Assembly (NCBI GenBank): GCA_964016885.1
Contig: OZ024744.1
Location: forward strand, 93,620,001 to 93,684,000
DNA: 64,000 nt
Origin: Eledone cirrhosa
Lineage: Eukaryota
Direction: 5' to 3'
In this document: positions 38,472 through 54,493 of the stretch, piece by piece
Layout of the letters: the number at the start of each line of letters is the position of its first letter
Numbering within the stretch: position 1 is the stretch's first letter
Notes under the pieces: model-generated
What the model was told of the DNA's origin: nothing
The model's input: only the letters and a program-made list of their open reading frames with translations
Databases searched by the model: none
Made by a program: the position numbers and the translations under genes

Positions 38472-38473
<2 letters not shown>
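38303..38473 (+). mobile_element. Fold-back element family P1, internally deleted
   Basis: AAAAGAGTCAGG/CCTGACTCTTTT arms and the same tail as the 24656 and 36621 copies. Confidence 0.75.
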
Positions 38474-38517
<44 letters not shown>

Positions 38518-39272
38518 TTTTTTACTCTTTTACCTGTTCCAGCCATCTGGATGTGTGTGTATATATATATATATGTGTGTGTGTGTGTATTATCTTGACT
38601 GTAACTTGGAAGTTTCTCAGAGAAAGGCGTATCAGTTTTTTTTAATACTCTTTATTCAGTAATACACAGAAATCGGTCAACTTCAAAAATAGAATAAACG
38701 TTTTGCTTTTATATCATTTATGGCGCTAGTGATTGATTCATAATAATAAGGTCGTGGGTCTGACTTACAGTCCAAGAAATGTGTTTTGTCCTTGAGCAAG
38801 GCGCTTCATTTCACTTTCGTCCAGGAAGGAGTTTCGTACTCTCTGTCGCTGAACACCCATAAAGACTGTAAGTTCTGCGCTTTGTCTAACCCATACTAGC
38901 ATAGAAAAGAAGGCATGAAATAGAATCATTGTATGTTATTTTAGTCTTTAACTCAACATCCTGTACCACATGAAACCACATTGACAAGACATTCTTGAAA
39001 AGTACAAAACGACACTTTGATTGTAACACATTAAAAAAAATCGGTGTCTTTACACCAATGTAGCAAAATTTCCACAACAATCTGTCCACTAGTAAAGATA
39101 CTATAATCATTTGAATTAACTAAGCCGTCTAAATCCCTACATGGTGTTAAGTATTAAGGAAACATTTTAATAATATCTAGCTTTTGTATTATAGGATATT
39201 CTTGAAAATATCCCATTACATTCATTTGTTTCATTGTATGTATACATACATGTAAGGGTTCCTTCATTTGGT

Positions 39273-39311
<39 letters not shown>

Positions 39312-39639
39312 GCACACATACACCTGCTGTAAAGTGGTCATGTTGGTATCACAACAAAAAGTGCCCAGTCTACACTCTAATGTAGTCGTTTTGGTGCCAT
39401 GATAAAAGGCACCTAGTCCACACTGTAAATGTGGTTGGCATTAGGAAAGGCATCCAGCTGTAGAAACGGTCCTGGTTTGGCTCACAACGGGACAAATCAT
39501 CTAACACATGATGGAAAACTGGACGTTTAAACGATGATAATTAGTGGAGCATGTGAAATGAATCTGGTGAATATGACAAGATATATTATTAATTTTTGTT
39601 TAATAATGAGCTTCATTGTATATGTCTATCTTGAAGCAC

Positions 39640-40320
39640 TGACAAAAAGTGTCCAGTTCGCCTTGGAAGTTGGTAGCACTGGTGCCATGACAAAAAACAT
39701 CCAGCCTGCCCTGAAAGATGGTTGTACTGGTGTCACAACAAAAATCAGCCCATCCACTCTGTAAGTTGGTAGTGCTGGTGCCATGACAAAAAACACCCAG
39801 TCCACCCTGTAATGGGGTAGTGCTGGTCCCATGACAAAAAACACTCAGTCTACCCTGTAAGGTGGTAGTGCTGGTGCCATGACAAAAAACACCCAGTCCA
39901 CCCTGTAATGGGGTAGTGCTGGTCCCATGACAAAAAACACCCAGTCTAACCTGTAAGGTAGTAGTGTTGGTGCCATGACAAAAAACACCCAGTCCACCCT
40001 GTAATGGGGTAGTGCTGGTCCCATGACAAAAAACACTCAGTCCACCCTGTAAGGTGGTAGTGCTGGTGCCATGACAAAAAACACCCAGTCCACCCTGTAA
40101 TGGGGTAGTGCTGGTCCCTTGACAAAAAACACCCAGTCTAACCTGTAAGGTAGTAGTGCTGGTGCCATGACAAAAAACACTCAGTCCACCCTGTAAGGTG
40201 GTAGTGCTGGTGCCATGACAAAAAAAAAACACCCAGTCCATCCTGTAATGTGGTAGTGCTGGTCCCATGACAAAAAGAAAACACCCAGTCCATCCTGTAA
40301 TGTGGTAGTGCCGGAGTCAC
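39640..40320. repeat. 48-bp minisatellite expanded inside a SINE
   Basis: Unit GTAGTGCTGGTGCCATGACAAAAAACACCCAGTCCACCCTGTAA(T/G)GG; followed by a SINE-type tail ending (TGA)n at ~40490. Confidence 0.9.
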
Positions 40321-40924
40321 AGTAAAATGCTCCCAGTACACACCTTAAATTAGGAAAAGCATCCAACCATAGAAACCAAGCCCCAAAGGGAACATATGAG
40401 TAGGATCTAGTCATCTGACCCGTCTAGCCTCAAAACGTGACAAACCACATAACCCATGTAATCATGGAAAATCTGTGTTAAATGATGATGATATGTATTA
40501 TAAGGACCACCTGTTGAAGTTGGTAATTGAACGCTTGAAATATATGAAGGTAGGGAAAGCAGCTGGCTTATCAAGGATATTCACTTAGTTGCTTGAAATA
40601 TCTGGCTGAGTAGTCATATTGGGAATTAGGTAGTACAGAAGGTGTTATATCTATTAAGTAGAAAAGAAGAAAGGGCCCAATTACAATCAAGGAAATGGTT
40701 ATGTTTAATAATCAGAAAGGAGTATACAGAAATGTTATGAGGTAAACCCTGTGTAAATTATAGATGCACAAGATGTGTAGTGGAATCATTGGCAAGTTGA
40801 CAAAAGATAGACTTTGTATATGACAGATACATAGGAGTTGTTAACAGTAAGTGTTCATTGGAAATAGATTTTCTAATTCTTGTTAGTTTCCCTAGAAATT
40901 ATTGATAGCTTCTGTTATCTGGTT

Positions 40925-41223
40925 GAGCCCATGCAGTGGAAACTTTTAGTTTCCTTGGCCCTAGGGCCACCTCGCTACTCATCACCATCAGCACAGAGCT
41001 GGTTACCTGCAGGTGTGAGCCTTGTGAACTAGAATGGCTCTTCCAGCACGTCTCCCTCACCATCCTCCGGGGAAAGAACTTCTCTATTATGTCTACCAGA
41101 GCCATGGACCGGTCAACATGTGAGCCCCCATTTGCTCACAATAGTAAGAGATGGGGAGAATGGGAAAGATAGAGGCAGTGACAGTGGGAGTTTGGTTCTT
41201 TTAGTGTTCGGACCTGGTGTATA
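40925..41223 (+). mobile_element. CRE-derived 3' fragment
   Basis: AVETFSFLGPRAT...CEPCELEWLFQHVSLTILRG, homologous to 28880-29040; same 3' flank as 56858-57205(-). Confidence 0.75.
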
Positions 41224-42169
41224 GTGACCTATCTAGCAGTGAAAATGAGTGTTCCAAAGAATATCAGCCAGTGTAAGAATGAAGTAGAAACAAATGTTTT
41301 TTTTTCAAAATTTGTATTTATTAATCATTGTAATTAATTAAATAGCAGCTAAGTAACTGATAATTTGACCTGAAAATTCAAGTTGTTTTGTCTTAGGCCT
41401 CAGAGGTGGCTTGGAATTTCAAAATCTTAAGGGGTGCCATGATAGAAAAAGGTTAAGAACCACTGTTCTGGTACAACACTAATAGTGTTAAAAGTCAAGC
41501 CCTCGGGTATAGTACAACATACATACAATAAACATGAAATGATTAACACAAGTAACACGGTTCAGATATTTTTGTATAACCAGCTACTAACTTACCATGT
41601 GTCAACAAGGGAACCTCTAGATGATTGCTTGACCTGGTAGAAATAGCAGCCAAACATCACTGAAATCACAGTCCAAATCCCCAAATTCAAAATCTAGGGC
41701 CTTCTCACCCCTGTTGGCGGAACCCCCCCCCCCCCTCCCTGGTTAACCTCCACTGCTTCCTATTTCTGGCCATATTGGACCATGTGGGGCTGAGGTATCG
41801 GGTCAGATCATCAAGTCATCTGGCCTTTGGTCACCCTCTGGTTCTTCTCCACTGCTTTGGTGTCCACCCTATCACTCTAACAGTCAACCATCTTAAAAAT
41901 ATAAGAATGCACATTTTGTAATGTAGTCTTAGATGACCCGTCCCTTAAAAAATGGGATGTTCACAACTAAAATGCTTTTGATCTTAGGTCTACTCAATCA
42001 TAGATGGAAGGAAAAGACCCTTAACTCTTGATAGTCTTAGGGGCGCCATCCTAATACAGAGTGTGTCTCTGTGTATTGTAAACCTAGCTGAGACTATATC
42101 TCTATCTTGGAATTAAAACAACCGTTTCCTTCCAGAAAATGAGAGTTGTAAAGAGTTGAACTGAAAGAA

Positions 42170-42520
42170 TCAACCCCTGTACTGGACTGGTCCTTTATTT
42201 ATCCACATAGAAAGGATGAACTGCAAAGTTGACACCTAAGGCAGGATTTGAACTGAGAGCACTGTGAGTCAGATCAAATACAGAGGCAGTTAATCTGACG
42301 CACTAAAACAGAAGCAACTTGAGCTCTGCTAATGAAGGCACCTCTAAGCAGTTGGCTGACCTGCTAAAAATAGCAGCCAATAATAACAGGATTTGAACTC
42401 GGAGAACTGTCAGAACAAATATCGAAGCAGCTAATCTGATGTCCTAAAACAATAGCAACTTGTCTCTATTAATGAAGGTACCTCTACGCAGTTGCCTGAC
42501 CTGCTAAAAATAGCAGCCAC
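42170..42520. repeat. Degenerate SINE fragments with local ~145-bp tandem duplication
   Basis: CAGGATTTGAACT...CTGACCTGCTAAAAATAGCAGCCA occurs twice. Confidence 0.6.
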
Positions 42521-43009
42521 CTCACCTTAAATAATATTCTAATTTCTTTAAAAAAAAAAAAGGAAGTAGTCATGAATACATTTCCCCCCCCCCCCCCCAC
42601 ACACACACACTACCAATAAATGGGATGGTCATGGCTGGTATACCTTTGATTATAGGATTGCTGGGTCAGAGCAACTTGCATAAAAGTTACTCAGATTAAC
42701 AGTAGATTAATATTTTATGTGGCTTAATAAGTATTATGTAATACAGTTTGTGGCAGTATTTTTCATTATCTTGTAACAGCTATCTATAATACATACGCAA
42801 TGTAATATAGATAAATCGATTTGCTGTACCCATGCCTAAAATTAAAAAAACAACAAAAAAAAACTAATCATATACTCTAAAGAACACGTGTACATATGTA
42901 TCTGTGTGTGTGTCTGTGCAGGTATATATATGTTTGGGCTTGTATGTTATTGTTGATAGGATTGCGTAAGGTAAAATTGTGTGTGTGTGTAATTAATTAG
43001 ACCATTATT

Positions 43010-43115
43010 CAACAGAGTACTCAATACTTGGGGTAGTTAGAGTATGGCTTTATTATAAAGAGTCGGGACCTGACGGCTGAGCTCTTGCTGTTTCAACAGC
43101 TAGTCCCAGACTGAT
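43010..43115 (-). mobile_element. Family P1 fragment
   Basis: AGAGTACTCAATACTTGGGGTAG and GACGGCTGAGCTC motifs. Confidence 0.6.
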
Positions 43116-43129
43116 TGCCAAAAGGACCA

Positions 43130-43552
43130 ATCATCATCATCATCATCATCATCATTTTACGTCTGCTTTTCTCTGCTTGCAAGGGTGGGACGGGTCCTAT
43201 TCAGCACAGCATCTCTCCACTTGTCACGGTCCTTCGTCATCTCCACCGTTAGCTTCAGCGTTCTGAGGTCTGCTCTCACCACCTCCACTGTTGTTTTTCG
43301 TGGTCTACCTCTACTGCGTCTTCCTTCTACTGGGATTTCTTGGCACTTCTTCACCCACTTCTTCATCCTCCATGCATATCACATGTCCATACCAATGCAG
43401 TCATCTCTCCTGCACACCACAACTTATCCCTCACAGCTTCTCTCTCAACTCGTCTATGCTGGGTCGTTCATGCACATTGACATTGCACATCCAACAGCGC
43501 ATGCTTGCTTCATTTCTCCCCAGCTGTCGCATATCCTCTGCAGTTGCTGCCC
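43130..43552 (-). mobile_element. RTE LINE 3' end with (TGA)n tail
   Basis: KWVKKCQEIPVEGRRSRGRPRKT...DRDKWR..RPTLASREKQT*. Confidence 0.9.
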
Positions 43553-44201
43553 ATATATACATATAATAATAAGTTGACTAGACTAGCATGGGTTTTATTG
43601 CTAGTACCGGTTGCATCTCAGTGTACTCTATAGGTAATGTTAAGTAAACTCCCAGAGTAGACACATAGTTATTCACTTTAACACTACACACGTATCTACT
43701 GTTTGCATTTATTATGAAACGGTGTACAATCAGCGCATGTGGCTTCACCAGCGGGTTTCGCCTAATCAAAAATCAATCGATCGACAGAATTCGATTCTAG
43801 TCCATGACGGCCAATACAGTAAAACATTAGCAACTGAAATCCCTATGTGTCATCATAATGCCATCAGTCGATTGGCCATTGATTCAGAAATTTATGTGAT
43901 GGCAGGAGACGAAAATTCAAATAGTTCCGCTCATGCGATAAGCTCTCAGCCAACGTATCTCAACACGCAAATTAACAAGCGAGTGAAAAATCGGTTATTA
44001 AAAAATCAGTCTCCTATCGCTGTACAATAGAATGGTAGCATTTGGCTCTAGCCTTCAAGTCCCATAGTGAGAAATAGTGCTACAGTAACAATGGTAGTGC
44101 TTAAAACCTTTCCGGACATTAAATGCTAACAGGCGATTAGACAGTGATATAGAGTTAGCACGACGGTTAGAATTCGAATTCTAGATATTTCGACCAACCA
44201 C

Positions 44202-44891
44202 ATGTGTGTATATGTATATATATATATGTATGTATATGTATATATATATGTATGTATATGTATATATATATGTATGTATATGTATATATATATGTATGTA
44301 TATGTATATATATATGTATGTATATGTATATATATATGTATGTATATGTATATATATATGTATGTATATGTATATATATATGTATGTATATGTATATATA
44401 TATGTATGTATATGTATATATATATGTATATGTATATATGTATGTATATGTATATGTATATATGTATGTATATGTATATGTATGTATGTATATGTATATG
44501 TATATATGTATGTATATGTATATATATATATGTATGTATATGTATATATATATATGTATGTATATGTATATATATATGTATGTATATGTATATGTATGTA
44601 TATGTATATATATATGTATGTATATGTATATATATATGTATGTATATGTATATATATATGTATGTATATGTATATATGTATGTATATGTATATATATATG
44701 TATGTATATGTATATATATATGTATATGTATATATATATGTATATATATATGTATATATATATGTATATATATATGTATATATATATGTATATATATATG
44801 TATATATATATGTATATATAATGTATATATATATATATGTATATATATATATGTATATATATATGTATATATATATGTATATATATATATG

Positions 44892-44931
<40 letters not shown>

Positions 44932-45196
44932 TATGTATATATATGTATATATATATGTATATATATATGTATATATATATGTATATATATATGTATATAT
45001 ATATGTATATATATATGTATGTATATATATGTATATATATATATGTATGTATATATATGTATATATAGTATATTATATATGTATGTATATATGTATATAT
45101 ATATATATATGTATATGTATGTATATATATGTATATATATATATATATATGTATATATATGTATATATATGTATATATATATATATATATGTATAT

Positions 45197-45254
<58 letters not shown>

Positions 45255-45421
45255 GTATGTATATATATGTATATATATATATATATATGTATATATATGT
45301 ATATATGTATATATATATGTATATATATGTATATATATATATATATGTATATATATGTATATATATATATGTATGTATGTATATATATGTATATATATAT
45401 ATGTATGTATGTATATATATG

Positions 45422-45461
<40 letters not shown>

Positions 45462-45572
45462 TGTATGTATATATGTATATATATATATATGTATGTATGT
45501 ATATATATGTATGTATGTATATATGTATGTATATAGATATATATATATATTATATATATATGTATATGTATG

Positions 45573-45605
<33 letters not shown>

Positions 45606-45903
45606 ATATATGTATATATATATATATATATGTATGTATATATATGTATATATATATATATATATATGTATGTATATATATGTATATATATATATATATA
45701 TGTATGTATATATATGTATATATATATATATATATATGTATGTATATATATGTATATATATATATATATATGTATATATATGTATATATATTATATATAT
45801 GTATGTATATATATGTATATATATATATATATGTATGTATATATATGTATATATATATGTATATATGTATGTATATATATATATATATGTATGTATATAT
45901 ATG

Positions 45904-45934
<31 letters not shown>

Positions 45935-45972
45935 GTATGTATATATATGTATATATATATATGTATATTATG

Positions 45973-46005
<33 letters not shown>

Positions 46006-46014
46006 GTATGTATA

Positions 46015-46085
<71 letters not shown>

Positions 46086-46129
46086 GTATTATATATATGT
46101 ATATATATATATATGTATGTATATATATG

Positions 46130-46180
<51 letters not shown>

Positions 46181-46212
46181 GTATATATATATGTATATAT
46201 ATATATATATGT

Positions 46213-46246
<34 letters not shown>

Positions 46247-46549
46247 TATGTATGTATATATATGTATATATATTATATATATATATATGTATATATATGT
46301 ATATATATATATAGTATGTATATATATGTATATATATATATTATGTATATATATGTATATATATATATTATGTATATATATGTATATATATATATATGTA
46401 TGTATATATATGTATATATATGTATGTATATATATGTATATATATATATGTATGTATATATATGTATATATATATATGTATGTATATATATGTATATATA
46501 TATATGTATGTATATATATGTATATATATATATATTATGTATATATATG

Positions 46550-46582
<33 letters not shown>

Positions 46583-46611
46583 GTATATATATATATGTAT
46601 GTATATATATG

Positions 46612-46642
<31 letters not shown>

Positions 46643-47130
46643 GTATATATATATATTATGTATAATATGTATATATATGTATATATATTATATATATATG
46701 TATGTATATATATGTATATATATGTATATATATGTATATATATATATATGTATGTATATATATATATATGTATGTATATATATGTATATATATATATATA
46801 TGTATATATATGTATATATATATATGTATGTATATATATGTATATATATATATATATGTAGTATATATATGTATATATATATATATGTATGTATATATAT
46901 ATATGTATATATATATATATGTATATATATATATGTATATATATTTGTATGTATATATATGTATATATATATATATATTATGTATATATAATGTATATAT
47001 ATATATATATGTATATATATGTATATATATATATGTATGTATATATATGTATATATATATATATGTATGTATATATATGTATATATATATATATGTATGT
47101 ATATATATATAATATGTATGTATATATATG

Positions 47131-47179
<49 letters not shown>

Positions 47180-48250
47180 GTATATATATATATATATATA
47201 TGTATGTATATATATATATATGTATATATATGTATATATATATATATGTATGTATATATATGTATATATATATATATGTATGTATATATATGTATATATA
47301 TATATATGTATGTATATATATGTATATATATATATATGTATGTATATATATGTATATATATATATATGTATGTATATATGTATATATATATATATGTATG
47401 TATATATGTATATATATATGTATATGTATATATATATATATGTATGTATATATATGTATATATATATATATGTATGTATATATATGTATATATATATATA
47501 TGTATGTATATATATGTATATATATATATATGTATGTATATATATGTATATATATATATATATGTATGTATATATATGTATATATATATATATATGTATG
47601 TATATATATGTATATATATATATATGTATGTATATATATGTATATATATATATATGTATGTATATATATGTATATATATATATATGTATGTATATATATG
47701 TATATATATATATATGTATGTATATATATGTATATATATATATATGTATGTATATATATGTATATATATATATATGTATGTATATATATGTATATATATA
47801 TATATGTATGTATATATATGTATATATATATATATGTATGTATATATATATGTATATATATATATGTATGTATATATATGTATATATATATATATGTATG
47901 TATATATATGTATATATATATATATGTATGTATATATATGTATATATATATATATGTATGTATATATGTATATATATATATATGTATGTATATATATATA
48001 TATATATATGTATGTATATATATGTATATATATGTATGTATATATATGTATATATATGTATGTATATATATATGTATATATATATGTATATATATGTATA
48101 TTATGTATATATATGTATGTATGTATATATATGTATATATATATATATATGTATGTATGTATATATATGTATATATATATATATGTATGTATATATATGT
48201 ATATATATATATGTATGTATATATATATTATGTATGTATGTATATATATG

Positions 48251-48281
<31 letters not shown>

Positions 48282-48446
48282 ATATAGTATATTATGTATA
48301 TATATGTATGTATATATATGTATATATATGTATGTATATGTATATATATATGTATGTATGTATATATATGTATATATATATATGTATGTATGTATATATA
48401 TGTATATATATATATGTATGTATGTATATATGTATATATATATATG

Positions 48447-48477
<31 letters not shown>

Positions 48478-48719
48478 GTATATATATATATGTATGTATG
48501 TATATATATGTATATATATATATATGTATGTATGTATATATATGTATATATATATATATGTATGTATGTATATATATGTATATATATATAATTGTATGTA
48601 TGTATATATATGTATATATATATATATGTATGTATGTATATATATGTATATATATATATATGTATGTATGTATATATGTATATATATATATATATGTATG
48701 TATGTATATATATGTATAT

Positions 48720-48760
<41 letters not shown>

Positions 48761-49320
48761 TGTGTGTATATATATATATGTGTGTATATATATATATGTG
48801 TGTATATATATGTGTGTATATATATATGTGTGTATATATATGTGTGTATATATTGTGTGTGTATATATATATGTGTATGTATATATATATATGTGTGTAT
48901 ATATATATGTGTGTATATATGTGTATATGTGTATAGTATATATATATATGTGTGTATATATATATATGTGTGTATATATGGTATATGTGTATATATATAT
49001 ATATATGTGTATGTTATATATATGTGTGTGTATATATATATATATGTGTGTGTATATATATATGNNNNNNNNNNNNNNNNNNNNNNNNNNNNNNNNNNNN
49101 NNNNNNNNNNNNNNNNNNNNNNNNNNNNNNNNNNNNNNNNNNNNNNNNNNNNNNNNNNNNNNNNNNNNNNNNNNNNNNNNNNNNNNNNNNNNNNNNNNNN
49201 NNNNNNNNNNNNNNNNNNNNNNNNNNNNNNNNNNNNNNNNNNNNNNNNNNNNNNNNNNNNNNNNTATATAATATATATATATATGTATATATATGTATGT
49301 ATATATATGTATATATATAT

Positions 49321-49385
<65 letters not shown>

Positions 49386-49483
49386 GTATATATATATATG
49401 TATATATATTATATATGTATATATATATATGTATATATATATATGTATATAGTATATATATATGTATTATATATATATATATG

Positions 49484-49532
<49 letters not shown>

Positions 49533-49545
49533 GTATATATATATT

Positions 49546-49602
<57 letters not shown>

Positions 49603-49907
49603 GTATATATATATATGTATGTATATATATGTATATATATATATGTATGTATATATATGTATATATATATATATGTATATATATGTATATATATATATAT
49701 GTATGTATATATATATGTATATATATATATGTATATATATGTATATATATATATGTATGTATATATATGTATATATATATATGTATGTATATATATGTAT
49801 ATATATATGTATGTATATATATATGTATATATATATGTATGTATATATATGTATATATATATATATATGTATATATATGTATATATATATATGTATGTAT
49901 ATATATG

Positions 49908-49938
<31 letters not shown>

Positions 49939-49968
49939 GTATATTATATATATGTATGTATATATATG

Positions 49969-50003
<35 letters not shown>

Positions 50004-50035
50004 ATATATATATGTATATATATGTATATATATAG

Positions 50036-50066
<31 letters not shown>

Positions 50067-50451
50067 GTATGTATATATATGTATATATATATATATATAT
50101 GTATATATATGTATATATATATATATGTATGTATATATATGTATATATATATATATGTATGTATATATATGTATATATATATATATGTATGTATATATAT
50201 GTATATATATATATATGTATGTATATATATGTATATATATGTATGTATATATATGTATATATATATATATATATGTATATATATGTATATATATATGTAT
50301 GTATATTATATATATATATATTATGTATATATATATATATATGTATGTATATATGTATATATATATATATGTATGTATATATATGTATATATATATATGT
50401 ATGTATATATATATGTATTATATATATGTATGTATATATATATGTATATAT

Positions 50452-50489
<38 letters not shown>

Positions 50490-51431
50490 TATATATGTAT
50501 GTATATATATATATGTATGTATGTATATATATATATGTATGTATATATATGTATATATATATATGTATGTATATATATGTATATATATATATATGTATGT
50601 ATATATATGTATATATATATATATGTATGTATATATATGTATATATATATATATGTATGTATATATATGTATATATATATATATGTATGTTTATATGTAT
50701 ATATATGTATATGTATATATATATATATGTATGTATATATATGTATATATATATATATGTATGTATATATATGTATATATATATATATGTATGTATATAT
50801 ATGTATATATATATATATGTATGTATATATATGTATATATATATATATGTATGTATATATATGTATATATATATATATGTATGTATATATATGTATATAT
50901 ATATATGTATGTATATATATATGTATATATATATATATGTATGTATATATATGTATATATATATATATGTATGTATATATATGTATATATATATATATGT
51001 ATGTATATATATGTATATATATATATATGTATGTATATATATGTATATATATATATATGTATGTATATATATGTATATATATATATGTATGTATATATAT
51101 GTATATATATATGTATGTATATATATGTATATATATATATTATGTATGTATATGTATATATATATATATGTATGTATATATATGTATATATATATATGTA
51201 TGTATATATATGTATATATATATATATGTATGTATATGTATATATATATGTTATATATATGTATGTATATATATGTATATATATGTATGTATATATATAT
51301 GTATATTATATGTATATATATATGTATGTATATATTGTATATGTATATATGTATGTATATATATGTATATATTATGTATGTATGTATGTATATATGTATA
51401 TATTATATGTATATGTATATATATTGTATAT

Positions 51432-51465
<34 letters not shown>

Positions 51466-52658
51466 GTATATATATGTATGTATGTATGTATATATATGTA
51501 TTATATATATAGTATGTATGTATGTATATATGTATATATATGTATGTATGTTATGTATATATATGTATGTATATATATATATGTATGTATGTATATATAT
51601 GTATATATTATTATGTATGTATGTATATATGTATATATATATGTATGTATGTATATATATATGTATGTATGTATATATATGTATATATATATATATGTAT
51701 GTATATAGTATATATTATATATTATGTATGTATATATATGTATTATAATATATGTATTATGTATATGTATGTATATATATATATATGTATGTATGTATAT
51801 ATATGTATATATATATATGTATGTATGTATATATATGTATATATATATATATGTATGTATGTATATATATGTATAATATATATATGTATGTATGTATATA
51901 TATATGTATATATATTATATGTATGTATGTATATATATGTATATATATATATATGTGTGTATATATATGTGTGTGTATATATATATATATGTGTGTGTAT
52001 ATATATATATATGTGTGTGTATATATATATGTGTATATATTATATATGTGTGTATATATATATGTGTGTATATATATGTGTGTATATATATGTGTGTGTA
52101 TATATATATGTGTGTATATATATATGTGTGTATATATATATGTGTGTATATATGTGTATATGTGTATATATATATATATATGTGTAATATATATATGTGT
52201 GTATATATGTGTATATGTGTATATATATATATATATGTGTGTATATATATATATGTGTGTGTATATATATATATATGTGTGTGTATATATATATATGTGT
52301 GTGTATATATATATATGTGTGTGTATATATATATGTGTGTGTATATATATATGTGTGTGTATATATATATGTGTGTGTATATATATATGTGTGTGTATAT
52401 ATATATCGTGTGTGTATATATATATGTGTGTGTATATATATATGTGTGTGTATATATATATGTGTGTGTATATATATATGTGTGTGTATATATATGTGTG
52501 TATATATATATGTGTATATATATATATATGTGTGTATATATATATGTGTGTATATATATATGTGTGTATATATATATATGTGTATATATATATATGTGTA
52601 TATATATATATGTGTATATATATATATGTGTGTATATATATATGTGTGTATATATATA

Positions 52659-52707
<49 letters not shown>

Positions 52708-54072
52708 ATATATATATATGTGTATATATATATATGTGTATATATATATATGTGTATATATATATATGTGTGTATATATATATATGTGTGTATATATATA
52801 TATGTGTATATATATATATATGTGTGTATATATATATGTGTATATATATATATATGTGTATATATATATATATGTGTATATATATATATATGTGTGTATA
52901 TATATATGTGTATATATATATATATGTGTATATATATATATGTGTGTATATATATATATACGTGTATATATATATATATGTGTATATATATATATATGTG
53001 TATATATATGTGTATATATATATATATGTGTATATATATATATATGTGTATATATATATATATGTGTATATATATATATATGTGTATATATATATATATG
53101 TGTATATATATATATATGTGTATATATATATATGTGTATATATATATATATGTGTGTATATATATATATATGTGTATATATATATGTGTGTATATATATA
53201 TATATGTGTGTATATATATATATGTGTATATATATATATATGTGTGTATATATATATATATGTGTATATATATATATATGTGTATATATATATATATATA
53301 TGTGTATATGTGTGTATATGTGTGTATATATATATGTGTATATATGTGTGTATATATATATGTGTGTGTGTATATATATATGTGTGTGTATATATATATG
53401 TGTGTATATATATATATGTGTATATATATATATATGTGTATATATATATATATGTGTATATATATATATATATGTGTATATATATATATATGTGTATATA
53501 TATATATATGTGTATATATATATATATGTGTATATATATATATATGTGTATATATATATATATGTGTATATATATATATATGTGTATATATATATATGTG
53601 TATATATATATATGTGTATATATATATATATGTGTATATATATATATATGTGTATATATATATATGTGTATATATATATATGTGTGTATATATATATATG
53701 TGTGTATATATATATATGTGTGTATATATATATATGTGTGTATATATATATATGTGTATATATATATATGTGTGTATATATATATATGTGTGTATATATA
53801 TATATGTGTATATATATATATATATGTGTGTATATATATATATGTGTATATATATATATATGTGTATATATATATATATGTGTATATATATGTGTATATA
53901 TATATATGTGTGTATATATATATGTGTGTATATATATATATGTGTATATATATGTGTATATATATATGTGTATATATATGTGTATATATATATGTGTGTG
54001 TGTGTATATATGTGTGTGTGTGTGTATATATGTGTGTATATGTGTATAGATATATATATATAATATATATAT
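44202..54072. repeat. Very long (TA)n/(TATG)/(TG) compound microsatellite
   Basis: ~9.9 kb almost entirely T, A and G on the + strand; spans an N gap. Confidence 0.98.
49065..49264. other. Assembly gap (~200 N)
   Basis: Run of N. Confidence 0.98.
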
Positions 54073-54410
54073 ATGGAGGCACATGGTTTAGTGGTTAGAG
54101 CATTGACCTTGCAATCGAAAGGTTGTGAGTTCAATTCTCAGACCAGGTGATGTGTTGTTTCCTTGAGCAAGACACTTTATTTCACATTCCTCCAGTTTAC
54201 TCGGTTGTAGAAATGGGATGATAGGACTGGGGTCCCTATCATTCCACTGCAAAGTGGTCGTGGAGGTGCCACGGCAAAAAAGCACCCAGCCCACACTGTA
54301 AATGAGGTTGGTGTTAGGAAGGGCATCCAGCTGTAGAAATCAAGCCAGAATCAGTTCCCGTCCCACCCTTGCAAGCAGGGAAAAAGCAGACGTAAAATGA
54401 TGATGATGAT
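54072..54410 (+). mobile_element. tRNA-derived SINE family A, full length
   Basis: Box A TGGTTTAGTGG, box B GAGTTCAATTC, CORE-like TCCTTGAGCAAGACACTT, RTE-like tail and (TGA)n. Confidence 0.88.
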
Positions 54411-54462
54411 ATGTATATCATGCAAGCATGGAAAAACAGACATAAAAATGATGATGATTATA

Positions 54463-54493
<31 letters not shown>

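Noticed and set aside
39600-40268. 222-aa repeat protein gene
   Set aside because: Explained by the SINE-derived 48-bp minisatellite.
44202-54134. Very long Y/I/M/C/V/H/T-rich ORFs (up to 1048 aa)
   Set aside because: Translations of a TA/TG microsatellite that lacks stop codons; open in many frames and crossing an N gap.
54072-54150. tRNA gene
   Set aside because: Has A and B boxes but continues into SINE core and LINE tail; repeated at 3028-3374.
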